A stretch of 64,000 nucleotides of DNA. Origin: an uncultured virus (IMG/VR IMGVR_UViG_3300032282_004613) (lineage: Duplodnaviria; Heunggongvirae; Uroviricota; Caudoviricetes). The DNA is taken from IMG/VR virus record IMGVR_UViG_3300032282_004613. One strand, 5' to 3'. A model generated the notes under the pieces. That model was not told the DNA's origin. It did not search any database and saw nothing but the letters and a program-made list of their open reading frames with translations. Made by a program: the position numbers and the translations under genes. Of this stretch, positions 9,696 through 19,910 are shown in pieces; the first letter of the stretch is position 1; each line of letters begins with the position of its first letter.

Positions 9696-10508
9696 ATGAT
9701 AAAAAAATTAATCCTTACAGAAGCAGAAAGACAAGAGATCTTTAACATGCACAAAAAACATGGTTATAGAAAACCATTAAACGAGAATAACGAAATCATA
9801 ATAGGGGCTAAACCAACTGGAGAAGTTGCTGAAGATATACCAATGGGTCAAGAAGATGCAGAGCCAACTCCAGCGGACAAGGTTGAGGACATTGTTAATA
9901 ATGATCCAGGATTCCAAAGCAAGATTGACGCAATTATTGGCGCATTATCTGATGAAGATATGGCTCAATTGCAAAGCGCATTGGCTGCCAATGGTATTGA
10001 TGCGAATGCAAGTGCTGAAGAAATCCATAGTGTAATCGAGCAACCACAAGAAGGTGAGCAAGAAATGGGCGAGAATATGGGCCATGATCCAAAGAAACAA
10101 ATCAAACATAAAGTTGCGAATATTTTGCATTCAGTTGGTGCTGGTAATGTTGCTGCATGGGGCGGAGTTCCTGCTGCAATAGTAATTGGTTCCATGACCG
10201 GAATGCCAATTGGTTTTGCAATCAGTTGGGGTGCTACAGCCGTTCTTATGGCTATTGCAAAAAAATTGAATCAGAATGTTGAGAAGGATTCAATGTATGA
10301 ATCAAAGAAAGCAATTAATGAAGGATTGGCTGATGAGGCGTATGAATTCACTGCGGCTTCAAGAAGAATTTCACAATCTTTAGAAATGCTACACACATAT
10401 GCCAAACAAGGTAATATTCGTGCAGCCAATGAAGAGAAGGATGTTCTAATGAGACATGTTAGAAAATTGGAATATGCGTTGGACTCAATAAAAAGAATTT
10501 TAAGATAA
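9696..10508 (+). CDS. putative virion protein with hydrophobic hairpin
   Basis: LILTEAE leader; Gly/Ala-rich TM segments. Confidence 0.75.
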   Translation: MIKKLILTEAERQEIFNMHKKHGYRKPLNENNEIIIGAKPTGEVAEDIPMGQEDAEPTPADKVEDIVNNDPGFQSKIDAIIGALSDEDMAQLQSALAANGIDANASAEEIHSVIEQPQEGEQEMGENMGHDPKKQIKHKVANILHSVGAGNVAAWGGVPAAIVIGSMTGMPIGFAISWGATAVLMAIAKKLNQNVEKDSMYESKKAINEGLADEAYEFTAASRRISQSLEMLHTYAKQGNIRAANEEKDVLMRHVRKLEYALDSIKRILR

Positions 10509-10517
10509 TATTAAATC

Positions 10518-11246
10518 ATGAACAAAAGAATTATAAAATTAAAAGAATCAGATATCGTTAAGTTGGTTAAAAGAGTAATATCTGAAGATCAAGTTGATGA
10601 TAACACCTCTCAAAGTAAACTAGTTGCATTCAAATGCTATAAACCAGGTGTTATTGAAATTACTGTTGATCGGTGCGGTACGGCTGATGCTGGTTGTTAT
10701 ACTTTTATCTTCCCTAAAAGAACCGGAGCCGCTCCTAGATTAGGTGCCGTAACATTACAGGAAGAATTTAAGGGTGAGACATGGAAAGTTACTTGTGAAG
10801 ATTTGAAAAAGGGTTTTATATACAATCAACAAGAGTATATTATAAAATGTCGTGAATTAGCACAATATCTTTTATACAAAGCAAATTGTTGTGGTGGTAA
10901 TAAAATAGGTGGTGGAGATAAAAACGGAGGTGGAGATAAAAACGGAGGTGGAGATTGTGCTGGCAAACCTGGCTGTGGTGGTGGTAGAGTTGGTGGAGGA
11001 GATGTGCCAGTAGCAGGATGTACAACCATTAGATGCAAAGTTGAATCAGAAATAGATAAGTGTACAAAGAAGAAATATACTTGGAGAGAGGTTAAGAAAG
11101 CATTTGAAGAAGAATTCCCAGCAGGTGCACCAAGCGGTTCTTCAGAAAGAAACCAACAACTATGGAAAGAATGGAAGAAAGGTTGGAGACCAAAATGTAA
11201 AGATGGTTCAAGCACAGGTGGTGATAAACCAATATACGCTGGTTAG
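10518..11246 (+). CDS. Cys/Gly-rich protein with IKLKESD leader
   Basis: many Cys; GGGDKN repeats. Confidence 0.75.
   Translation: MNKRIIKLKESDIVKLVKRVISEDQVDDNTSQSKLVAFKCYKPGVIEITVDRCGTADAGCYTFIFPKRTGAAPRLGAVTLQEEFKGETWKVTCEDLKKGFIYNQQEYIIKCRELAQYLLYKANCCGGNKIGGGDKNGGGDKNGGGDCAGKPGCGGGRVGGGDVPVAGCTTIRCKVESEIDKCTKKKYTWREVKKAFEEEFPAGAPSGSSERNQQLWKEWKKGWRPKCKDGSSTGGDKPIYAG
10911..10955 (+). repeat. 18-bp tandem repeat x2.5 (GGTGGAGATAAAAACGGA)
   Basis: direct reading; in-frame GGDKNG. Confidence 0.9.
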
Positions 11247-11248
11247 TA

Positions 11249-12220
11249 ATGAAAGTAATAAAACTAAAAGAATCAGATTTAGTTAAAATTGTTAAAGGGG
11301 TTATCCAAGAACAACAAACCCCTGCTCAATACGCTTGTCAAGTTGTTTCCGAAAAATCAACAAACATAAAAGATTTACCCGAATTGTTAAAGATATGGGG
11401 ATCTTATGAAAAAATAAATCAAGAACTGAATACCAGGTCCCAACAGTATATGTCTAAGTTGGGACAGGATTCTGTTCGTGCCGCTTGCGAGATTGCGTTA
11501 ATACAAATCAGACCAAACTTTAAAAACAAAAATCTATTTGTTTTAGATGGTATTAATAATTTTATTTATCTCTTTGATCAAAACTCTAATTTTGTTACAA
11601 GTGGCCCAATAATAAAAGGCGAAAATAAACAATCGTCTGATGCTCTACAAATTTCAAATGCTTTAGTATCATCACAACAGATCGCTGATAAACTAAAAGC
11701 ACAAGGATTACCTTTTACAACAGAAAATTTTTACGCTTACACGGAGAAAAATAATATAGAATTTATCCCTAGTGGAATATATTATTCAGAAAAAAGTTTG
11801 GTTGACCAACCAGGTATGTATGGTAAAACAAATAATTTATTACCATTAAAAACACTTGATGGTAATAAAATGATACAAGCAATTCATGGGTATGTAACCA
11901 GTAAACAAAGAACGCAAGCAATGGCTCTAGCGGAAAAACTTGTTAACGACCCAAAGAACCCTACATTAACAAAACAATTTATTGATGCAATCAATAAAGA
12001 TTTAAATTTAAATCTATCTCATGGTTGTATAAATGTTACCGCAAACTTTTTACCATACTTGCAGAAGTACGGACCAAGTTCATATGTGTTCGTATTATCA
12101 GATAGTGAAAACAATTATTTAGCAAACAACACAACAAATTATTTTAATAACTTATTAACTAACCCTAACTGTTTGTCACCAGAAAAATTGGGTGCTGTAC
12201 CGACATCAAATCTCGCTTAA
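11249..12220 (+). CDS. L,D-transpeptidase (YkuD)-like protein with leader
   Basis: PSGIY, AIHG and SHGCINV catalytic motif. Confidence 0.7.
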   Translation: MKVIKLKESDLVKIVKGVIQEQQTPAQYACQVVSEKSTNIKDLPELLKIWGSYEKINQELNTRSQQYMSKLGQDSVRAACEIALIQIRPNFKNKNLFVLDGINNFIYLFDQNSNFVTSGPIIKGENKQSSDALQISNALVSSQQIADKLKAQGLPFTTENFYAYTEKNNIEFIPSGIYYSEKSLVDQPGMYGKTNNLLPLKTLDGNKMIQAIHGYVTSKQRTQAMALAEKLVNDPKNPTLTKQFIDAINKDLNLNLSHGCINVTANFLPYLQKYGPSSYVFVLSDSENNYLANNTTNYFNNLLTNPNCLSPEKLGAVPTSNLA

Positions 12221-12768
12221 TGAATTTAAACGAACAAATATCTAGAATACAATCTATGATGTATCTAAGTGAGGATGCTTTACCGCAAACTTATGATAAG
12301 TTAATTAAAACAATGCCATTGGAATTAAAGGAGTTATTCTTTAAACAATGGCAAGCAAAACAAAATCCAAAGTGGCACCCAGAAGGGAATACTTTAAAAC
12401 ATATTATCGTTGTAATCCAAAGAGCATATAAACATTATCCTGATGACCCTAATATGATCATTGCGGCACTATTCCACGACTTAGGTAAGTTGGACACCTA
12501 TGCTCCACATCCTAAGACGGGTGAACCTACCGCTTATGGTCACGAGTTTGAAGGTGAAAAGTATGTGGACCAATTTAAAGATTGGATTCTTTCATTTGAT
12601 GGTACCGATATTGACGAGATAAAATATATCGTTAAGAACCATATGAAAATTAAGCCACGCACTTGGGATGCAATGAGGGATACCAAAAAGGAACCAATAC
12701 AATCACACCCATCCTTTGAGAAGTTAAAAGGATTTACGGACAAGTTAGACGGTGGTGGATATTTATAA
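12220..12768 (+). CDS. HD-domain phosphohydrolase with LNEQISRI leader
   Basis: HPEGNTLKH...LFHDLGK...GHE...NHM. Confidence 0.8.
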   Translation: MNLNEQISRIQSMMYLSEDALPQTYDKLIKTMPLELKELFFKQWQAKQNPKWHPEGNTLKHIIVVIQRAYKHYPDDPNMIIAALFHDLGKLDTYAPHPKTGEPTAYGHEFEGEKYVDQFKDWILSFDGTDIDEIKYIVKNHMKIKPRTWDAMRDTKKEPIQSHPSFEKLKGFTDKLDGGGYL

Positions 12769-12771
12769 TAC

Positions 12772-13329
12772 ATGAAACTCATAAACTTACTAGAGGGCGT
12801 TAATTCAAAATATGATGCAGTTCTTGTTGCTGGGCTAAATTATCGAGATGATGATAAGACCACTGAAGAACAGTTATCTTTATTTAAGAAGGGGTATGGT
12901 GGCAATGTTAAGGTGTTTAACTACAGCGATGCCACAAGTTCCATTCTTAGTTTTATGCAGCAAAACCCCAAGATCCCGATATTCTTATTTAGTGCGGGTT
13001 GTAAAAATTCAGAAGATATTAGTATGAGCAAGTTTGTGGATCTAAATAAAATGTACATTATAGAACCATACGCTGCGGGTCCAAAGACCAAAACTAGTGT
13101 GCAGAACGCCGTTAGCAATGGTGTTCCAGCAAAGAATGTATTTGTGGGTCCACATGTTGGAAGAGGTTTAGGTGTTGTTGCTGGTGCCACTAGTACAAAC
13201 GCTAAGTCCCATTGGGACGCTTTAACCATTGTCGGATCTAAGATTAGAGGTGGGAATGTAGGGACTGCAAGTCAAACACCCGCTATTAGACGTAGGTCTA
13301 GTTTCACCGTTGATGATTTGAATTTTTAA
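12772..13329 (+). CDS. alpha/beta-hydrolase-like protein, C-terminal TVDDLNF
   Basis: LFSAGC nucleophile-elbow-like motif, IEP, late His. Confidence 0.55.
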   Translation: MKLINLLEGVNSKYDAVLVAGLNYRDDDKTTEEQLSLFKKGYGGNVKVFNYSDATSSILSFMQQNPKIPIFLFSAGCKNSEDISMSKFVDLNKMYIIEPYAAGPKTKTSVQNAVSNGVPAKNVFVGPHVGRGLGVVAGATSTNAKSHWDALTIVGSKIRGGNVGTASQTPAIRRRSSFTVDDLNF

Positions 13330-13331
13330 TT

Positions 13332-14225
13332 ATGAAAAAACTAATATTAATTATGTTACTGATTTTGGTAACATTTGTAACAAATGCACAAATTGTTAAA
13401 CCAGATACATTACAACTTACACCTAAAGAATTATTTGGTGAGAGCGATGACTGGAACGATTTGGGTATACTTGAATCATATATTGATTTCTCGAAGGATG
13501 TATTATCATCTTCTAATTTATCCGTTGGTATAATTGGTAAACAAGTGTCAAGTACATTGAATTTAGGGTATAGTAAGACCTCTAAGAATGGTAGATGGGG
13601 ACATTCCTTCTCTACGTCTATAAATCCAATATGGAAGTATTATGGCGTGGGTTATGGATTCACTAGAAATACGGATAAAAGAACCACTACCTTACAAACA
13701 TTTTATTCTACGGATTTTGATTTCCAAAAGGATATTAGTATTTCATTCATAGATGTGTTCAGAACAAAAAAATATGGCACGTTTGGTTATAGTTTAATTG
13801 CATCAAAAACATTCTGGGGAACATATGAAGGTGAATGGGAAGGAAAGTATACTGTTGATGAGAATGGCGACTTTTTGGATTTGATTTATCCGCAAATGCC
13901 AGCATCATCTGAATTAACATATAAAGGAATGTTGATGTACACTTACACATATAAAACAAAGTTGGTTAATATCTCACCGCAAATATTCGCTATGAGCGAT
14001 ATCTACAAAGTGTTCAAAGACGGAACGGCATCAGATTTGGCATATTTGGATGATTTTAATTTGGATTTATATTATGGAACATCTTTGGATTGGAAAATAA
14101 CTAAAAGATTTGTTTTGAATACCAATATTAGATTCAATAAAACTTGGGATAAATTATCAGAATCTGTTGGGTATAAAAAGAGTAACCCAATAATGTTTAT
14201 GATTGGTACAAACTTTCAATTTTAA
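13332..14225 (+). CDS. predicted outer-membrane beta-barrel protein
   Basis: signal peptide, amphipathic beta strands, C-terminal ..GTNFQF. Confidence 0.65.
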   Translation: MKKLILIMLLILVTFVTNAQIVKPDTLQLTPKELFGESDDWNDLGILESYIDFSKDVLSSSNLSVGIIGKQVSSTLNLGYSKTSKNGRWGHSFSTSINPIWKYYGVGYGFTRNTDKRTTTLQTFYSTDFDFQKDISISFIDVFRTKKYGTFGYSLIASKTFWGTYEGEWEGKYTVDENGDFLDLIYPQMPASSELTYKGMLMYTYTYKTKLVNISPQIFAMSDIYKVFKDGTASDLAYLDDFNLDLYYGTSLDWKITKRFVLNTNIRFNKTWDKLSESVGYKKSNPIMFMIGTNFQF

Positions 14226-14228
14226 GAT

Positions 14229-14999
14229 ATGAAAAAACTTATATTCTTATTTTTATTGTCCCCATTATTTGTGTTATCACAAGACGCAAAGAATCGGGAA
14301 ATGCAAATGCAAGTAAACAATTTGCAACCACCCCCTCCACCACCTCCTGGTCAAAAGGGTTCTATAGTTAAAACAAACGCATTCTTAACATCATCTGATT
14401 TTGTGTTTTTACAAAAACCTACGTATGTCGGTGGGTGGTTACAAGCATTTTCATTAGGTGCTGGTAAACAATCTTTAAATGGTGTTTATTCTTATGGTGG
14501 TAATGGTTTTGTAACAACGGATGGTTCACAATATGGTTTATCTGGTTTTGTGAGTAAAGGGAAGGATAATGTGTTTCTTTCTTTTACACAAATAGGAAAC
14601 AATAGAACAACAACAGCAACTTATGTGAAACTATATAAAGGAAAGTGGAACAAAGGATTTGGATTTAACGTGTCATCTACGTTTAGTCAGTTAACCGACA
14701 CTCTACCGCCAATGCATACGGGCGCTCCGTCAGCAATGATTTTCTTTAATAGAACCTATGGTACCGGTAGATTTACAGTTACCCCAGATTTATTGTTAAG
14801 TTATTCCCATATGTATTGGGACATCGGTTTGGGGATGCAAAAGAAAGATCCCACGTTTAACGCATTGGTTGGGGCTTCATTTGGGTATAAGTTCTCTAAA
14901 CGTTTTATTTTATTGGTCGCATATAGAGGTAATATAAACACTAATCCGAAGTTTGGACTAATGAACAACATTTCCATCGGGAACAAGTTTAATTTTTAA
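14229..14999 (+). CDS. predicted outer-membrane beta-barrel protein
   Basis: signal peptide, poly-Pro linker, C-terminal ..GNKFNF. Confidence 0.65.
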   Translation: MKKLIFLFLLSPLFVLSQDAKNREMQMQVNNLQPPPPPPPGQKGSIVKTNAFLTSSDFVFLQKPTYVGGWLQAFSLGAGKQSLNGVYSYGGNGFVTTDGSQYGLSGFVSKGKDNVFLSFTQIGNNRTTTATYVKLYKGKWNKGFGFNVSSTFSQLTDTLPPMHTGAPSAMIFFNRTYGTGRFTVTPDLLLSYSHMYWDIGLGMQKKDPTFNALVGASFGYKFSKRFILLVAYRGNINTNPKFGLMNNISIGNKFNF

Positions 15000-15078
15000 C
15001 TTAATGACCGCCCGCCGCGCCTTCGGCGCAAATGAGTTGGCTTGTTTAGAAAGCGCAATTTTTATATATTTATAAGGT

Positions 15079-16395
15079 ATGAAAAAGATCATGATCACCG
15101 AGAGTCAACTTAAGAATCTCCTTAATGAAGGTAAAAAGTTGAACCAAAAAGAAATTGGCGTAAGATTATCGAAAGCAAAGAAATTGGCTGTTAAATTCCC
15201 TAACCCTAGACAGTTCTCATTGAAATATCCTAACTTATGGAATTTTCTTAGAGGACAGAACTTGGTTGATGATGTATTCGTTGATAGAAAAAAATATAAC
15301 CCGGATGGTTTTTGGACACCTGAAAAAGTTGGTGAAGAAGCGGCAAAATATAAATCATCATCAGAGTTTCAGAAAAACAATCAGGTGGCATATAGAAAAG
15401 CAACTGAGTTTGGTATGTTAGGCGTTCTTTTCCCAATTAGATTAACAAAATGGAATTTAGATAATGCAACTGAGGTTGCTAAAACATTTGATACCCCAAC
15501 AGAATTATATAGAAATTATGCTAGAGCATATAACATATTAAGAGATGCCGGCCTTTTGAATGATATCTACCCTAATTTTGTTTCCAAAAAAGGTGCTAAA
15601 GAAGGTTCTAGCAAATATAACAACAAAACAAAAGAAGAATTAACACAAATAGCAAAAAGTGTTTTTGAAAAGAACGGATCGATAAAAGGGAACGCCGGTT
15701 TATATAATGCTTGTATTGATAAAGATGTTGATTTGGATAGCATAAAAAAGAACACCAAGTCAAAACAATATCGTTTAATGAGTGATGATGAATTGTTAGG
15801 TCTTGCAAAAAAATATACCGACATAAGAATTTTACAAAGAAAAGATGGTATATTATATAAAACGTTAAAAGAAAGAGGATTATCTAAAAAAGCGGTTAGC
15901 AAATTTAAAGGTGACATTAATTCTGAAATACCTACAGACCAATTCATTAAAATGAAAAAAGATTATAGTCATATGGATGATGACAGGAGAAATAATGATG
16001 AATTTATGTTTACACCTGTCACTGAAAATATAGAGGAATCAAAAAATAATCCATTAGAACAAATGTATTCCACAGATTATGTTTATTTTGGTTTTGGAGA
16101 TCAAGGTTTATATATTACAATGGATTTTATATTTGAAGATGTTGATGAGAATGAGGATGATGTTGAACATACCGTTGAAGTTGTTTATGATGGCGGTGGT
16201 TCAGTTGAATTGGGTGCGAATAGTGAACATGACAATGAATGTCCAGAAGAATTTAAACATATAGCAATTTCCGAATTTAAAAGAATATTTCATATAAATG
16301 AAAATAATACATGTGATATGAGATTTGGTTTTTCAGGCACAAGACACGATGACGGAGAAATAAAAATAAATACGACTCTTGACTGGAACTACTAA
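15079..16395 (+). CDS. helical-repeat protein with ITESQ leader and acidic C-terminal domain
   Basis: repeated W/Y-x-x-E...AKKY...F...AY...G.L units. Confidence 0.7.
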   Translation: MKKIMITESQLKNLLNEGKKLNQKEIGVRLSKAKKLAVKFPNPRQFSLKYPNLWNFLRGQNLVDDVFVDRKKYNPDGFWTPEKVGEEAAKYKSSSEFQKNNQVAYRKATEFGMLGVLFPIRLTKWNLDNATEVAKTFDTPTELYRNYARAYNILRDAGLLNDIYPNFVSKKGAKEGSSKYNNKTKEELTQIAKSVFEKNGSIKGNAGLYNACIDKDVDLDSIKKNTKSKQYRLMSDDELLGLAKKYTDIRILQRKDGILYKTLKERGLSKKAVSKFKGDINSEIPTDQFIKMKKDYSHMDDDRRNNDEFMFTPVTENIEESKNNPLEQMYSTDYVYFGFGDQGLYITMDFIFEDVDENEDDVEHTVEVVYDGGGSVELGANSEHDNECPEEFKHIAISEFKRIFHINENNTCDMRFGFSGTRHDDGEIKINTTLDWNY

Positions 16396-16401
16396 TATAA
16401 T

Positions 16402-16926
16402 ATGAAATTAAAAAATTTGCTGGAGGAAATCCTTTTAGAATATAGAGACAAACTATATGCTTTTCTTAAAGCAGATCTTCCAGGTGTTCCTGAGTATATT
16501 ATTCGTGATTTTTTTTATAAGGGGTTTAAACATAGTAAGAATTTTACCACACTTGGAACTGAGGATAACATATACTATAACAGATATAAAACAATTGACT
16601 GGGACTATAAAAAAGATTTCCCAATTCGTATGGATATGTTTGACCCAATTTCCAAAGAAAGGTTGGAGAAGCGAGTTGGTGGCGATATGGGTAAGCACCA
16701 AGCACCTAACGATGAACTAAGACACGAAAAACAAAAAGAACTATTACAAACGAAGGGTTTAACTGAACCTATCATTCTATTCATTTCCGCTGACGACCCG
16801 GACAAGTATTCATTGGGAGAAGGTTGGCATAGGGTTATTCAATTGTTTAAAGCGAACCCAAAAGGATTCAAATATCCAAATGTTTACATCGGTAGATACC
16901 CCGATCAGGATTTCATTGATTTTTAG
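16402..16926 (+). CDS. ParB/Srx-like domain protein with leader
   Basis: EPIIL...YSLGEGWHRV motif. Confidence 0.6.
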   Translation: MKLKNLLEEILLEYRDKLYAFLKADLPGVPEYIIRDFFYKGFKHSKNFTTLGTEDNIYYNRYKTIDWDYKKDFPIRMDMFDPISKERLEKRVGGDMGKHQAPNDELRHEKQKELLQTKGLTEPIILFISADDPDKYSLGEGWHRVIQLFKANPKGFKYPNVYIGRYPDQDFIDF

Positions 16927-16950
16927 TATTTATATTAAAATCAAATATCA

Positions 16951-17070
16951 ATGGGAAGTAAAGCAAAAAAACCTAGAGCAATGCGCAGCAAGAAATCTGG
17001 TATCAAATCACAAATCAGAATTGACGCAAATAATAAAATCCTTTCAAAATTAATGAAGGAAATAAAGTAA
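16951..17070 (+). CDS. small basic protein MGSKAKKPRAMRSKKSG... (39 aa, not in ORF track)
   Basis: translated by hand; TATTTATA at 16927 upstream; fills the intergenic gap. Confidence 0.65.
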   Translation: MGSKAKKPRAMRSKKSGIKSQIRIDANNKILSKLMKEIK

Positions 17071-17074
17071 GAAT

Positions 17075-18205
17075 ATGTCTAATGTTATTAAATCCGGAAC
17101 AACGACGCTTAATGCTGTTGTTAAAGCCGATTTTAGGGTCGGTATTGAGGGCGTGACCGATTATGGCCCAACTACCTCAACCGGGTTTTATAATGGAATT
17201 ACGCCCCCTCCTAGTGGTTATACAATATATGTAACCAAAGTGGATGATGGTCCGAGCATACATGTGGCTAATAATGATACTGAGTGTATCTTTTTTCTTA
17301 GATCATTTGGATCTACGGGGACAACAATTGTTGATGTTATCGCATGGGCGAATGCTCAAACAAATATTTGGGTAACGAGCGCTGATTTAACTGCAGTTGA
17401 TTTACTTGCACCAACACCAACTCCGACACAAACTATTACACCAACCTTAACACCAACTAGAACTGTTACACCAACACCTACAATTACTTTAACACCGACC
17501 ATGACCGTTACTCCAACGCCATCAACAGGAGTTACACAAACAGGATTAATAGTGAACTTATTAACAGCACCAAGTTCTGGTTCATCTTGGACAGATGCAA
17601 CTGGAAATGGTTATAACGCAACATTAGGTGGTACACCATCATACGTATCTAATAATGGCGGTGGCATTAGATTAAATAATGCAAACTATACTGGTAATGA
17701 TTATATCAGCGTACCCTACAATATCAGTGGCACAACTACAACTGTGGAAATTGTGGCATCATTTAACCCAACATCAAACTGGGCAACTATTTGGGGTAAT
17801 GAAGCATATAGTTTTAGTAAAGGATATTTTGCATATATGGGAACATCGACAAGTATAACATGGGGTTCACCAACTAGTAATACTGTAAACAATACGATAA
17901 CAGCAAGTAATGCTATTAGACATTGGGTATTTGTAATAAATGGTACAAGCAAAAGTTTATACTTAAATGGTTCTCAAGTAGGTACAACACAAACATCAAA
18001 TAATCCAACTGGTGGTTATGTTACAAGTGAATTTTATTTTGGTGCAAGACATACAAATAGTGGATCTGGACCAACAGATAAGATGAATAACTCAAATTCT
18101 GCAAACTATCCGGTATTTTATCAGATGAGAATATATAATACAGCATTATCGGCTGCGGATGTAACGACTAACTTTAATGCAATAAAGGGAACATACGGGC
18201 TTTAA
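17075..18205 (+). CDS. LamG/concanavalin-A-like virion fibre or decoration protein with PT linker
   Basis: TPTPT repeats; HWVFV..LYLNG..MRIYNTALS..NFNA motifs. Confidence 0.8.
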   Translation: MSNVIKSGTTTLNAVVKADFRVGIEGVTDYGPTTSTGFYNGITPPPSGYTIYVTKVDDGPSIHVANNDTECIFFLRSFGSTGTTIVDVIAWANAQTNIWVTSADLTAVDLLAPTPTPTQTITPTLTPTRTVTPTPTITLTPTMTVTPTPSTGVTQTGLIVNLLTAPSSGSSWTDATGNGYNATLGGTPSYVSNNGGGIRLNNANYTGNDYISVPYNISGTTTTVEIVASFNPTSNWATIWGNEAYSFSKGYFAYMGTSTSITWGSPTSNTVNNTITASNAIRHWVFVINGTSKSLYLNGSQVGTTQTSNNPTGGYVTSEFYFGARHTNSGSGPTDKMNNSNSANYPVFYQMRIYNTALSAADVTTNFNAIKGTYGL

Positions 18206-19338
18206 TCTTCATCCCTTTTTGCGATAGCATATAATTTGGCGATCCTTTTGATAACCTTTGTGGCTTTTTCTTGGAAACGTTTTTCTTCATACTTAAAAAA
18301 TTCTTCAGGGTGGTTTTTAAATCTAGCAACCCTATTATAATATTTGTCCATGAATGCTTTTTTATGCGCAGGGAATTGTATTTGATCAAAAAAATTCGCT
18401 GTAAGGTGTTCTTTCATCTTTTTAATTTTTTGCATTGAAAAGTGACTATATGCTATTCTAAGAATTTCGTTAATCTTTTCATCGTCAGTTCCGTTTACTA
18501 TTGGACTATTAATGTGGTCTAATAACTTATTAACTCTTGGCATTTCATTTCTAATATCTTCTTTAAATTTTTCAAAGGTGAATCCCTGGATTTGTTTTAA
18601 TTGTTTGTATGTTTCATTACCAAATAAAAAATCCTTAAACTTATCCGCCTTAACATCATTGTTTTTCATAATCATGGCTAATTCAGATGGTCTAACTGTA
18701 CTTTCAATATCATCAATGTAATATTGGTTAAAAAAGAAATCATTTACCGTTTTAATATGAAAATTAGTTCTATCGGCCGCCGCAGCGTATCCTGATCTTC
18801 GGGTTACCCTTTCGGTTTTCTTTTTGAATATTTCATACACATGCATCAATTCATGAGCAAAGTTATCACTAACGGTAGTACCCATTTCATTAGATACCTT
18901 GATTAACTCCTGAACATTGAATGGTGATGGTAATACATACCTTACATACATTTCCGCTTTACCACCTTCTACCGACACATCTTTTAGTTGTATTTTATCA
19001 TAATCCAGATAACTTTGGGACGAAGCCGCAAATCCGTATATTTCCGGTATTGTGCTCGAATCACCTAGTGTAACCTCTAAACTAACGTTAATAACATCAA
19101 TAACCATATCAGCAACCTGATAAGGTCCTCTGAGATCCATATTGGCTGAAACACCAAGGTCTTCACCTCTAAAAAGTTCTTCTTTAAAATCTGATGTCTT
19201 AATTGTTCTAATTTTTTGAAAAAAGTCAATTTCTATCTGTTTTGCAGCATTTTGCATGTTGGATGGTACTCCTACCGATTCGTCAAACTCTTGGCTTAAT
19301 ATCTCTAATAATGTTGATTCGTTAATGATTACTCGCAT
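18202..19338 (-). CDS. HExxH metallopeptidase-like protein with leader
   Basis: AHELMH...E; MRVIINES start. Confidence 0.65.
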   Translation of the reverse strand: MRVIINESTLLEILSQEFDESVGVPSNMQNAAKQIEIDFFQKIRTIKTSDFKEELFRGEDLGVSANMDLRGPYQVADMVIDVINVSLEVTLGDSSTIPEIYGFAASSQSYLDYDKIQLKDVSVEGGKAEMYVRYVLPSPFNVQELIKVSNEMGTTVSDNFAHELMHVYEIFKKKTERVTRRSGYAAAADRTNFHIKTVNDFFFNQYYIDDIESTVRPSELAMIMKNNDVKADKFKDFLFGNETYKQLKQIQGFTFEKFKEDIRNEMPRVNKLLDHINSPIVNGTDDEKINEILRIAYSHFSMQKIKKMKEHLTANFFDQIQFPAHKKAFMDKYYNRVARFKNHPEEFFKYEEKRFQEKATKVIKRIAKLYAIAKRDED

Positions 19339-19388
19339 AAACAATAAATATCTTGATTTTGTTACTGAAAAACAGATATTTATTACAG

Positions 19389-19910
19389 ATGAAAGTAACT
19401 GTAATAACCGAAACCGAATATAAACAAATTAAAGAAGGTTTTTTTAATAAAAAAGAAGGACCTTTTGATATTAGCACGTTCTTTAGGAATATAGTTGGTG
19501 AAGTAATCATGAAAAAAGAAAGCGGAGGAATTGTTTGGTATGGAAATGGTAAAGAATATAACTCATCTTCTAGGGTTGTGACTTTCCCATTTGATCCAGA
19601 AAAAGATGTACATATAAACACACATATAGTTGAAGGTATCGCCGCTTCATTGGAAGTTGATTTATTAAAAGCCAGAAATATGTTTATGGATTGGTTTATA
19701 AAAAACAACGTTAACAAAAAAGAAATGTATGAAATATATAAAAAGATTTTTCCTGCGGAAAGCATGCATGGCGATAGCCCAATAAGGGCGAAAGTGGCTT
19801 TTAATATTTTATACAATCTTAAGTTTTCTAAATTTCTTGGCGGATTAGTATATGGTAGAAAGAAAAAATTTAGTAAAGATGAAGCACCAATAAATGCTGA
19901 ACGATTTTAA
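19389..19910 (+). CDS. hypothetical protein with VITETE leader
   Basis: ATG follows TATTTATT. Confidence 0.7.
   Translation: MKVTVITETEYKQIKEGFFNKKEGPFDISTFFRNIVGEVIMKKESGGIVWYGNGKEYNSSSRVVTFPFDPEKDVHINTHIVEGIAASLEVDLLKARNMFMDWFIKNNVNKKEMYEIYKKIFPAESMHGDSPIRAKVAFNILYNLKFSKFLGGLVYGRKKKFSKDEAPINAERF

Noticed and set aside
15005..15045. GC-rich hairpin GCGCCTTCGGCGC
   Set aside because: Too short, with no T-tract; cannot support a terminator or ncRNA call.
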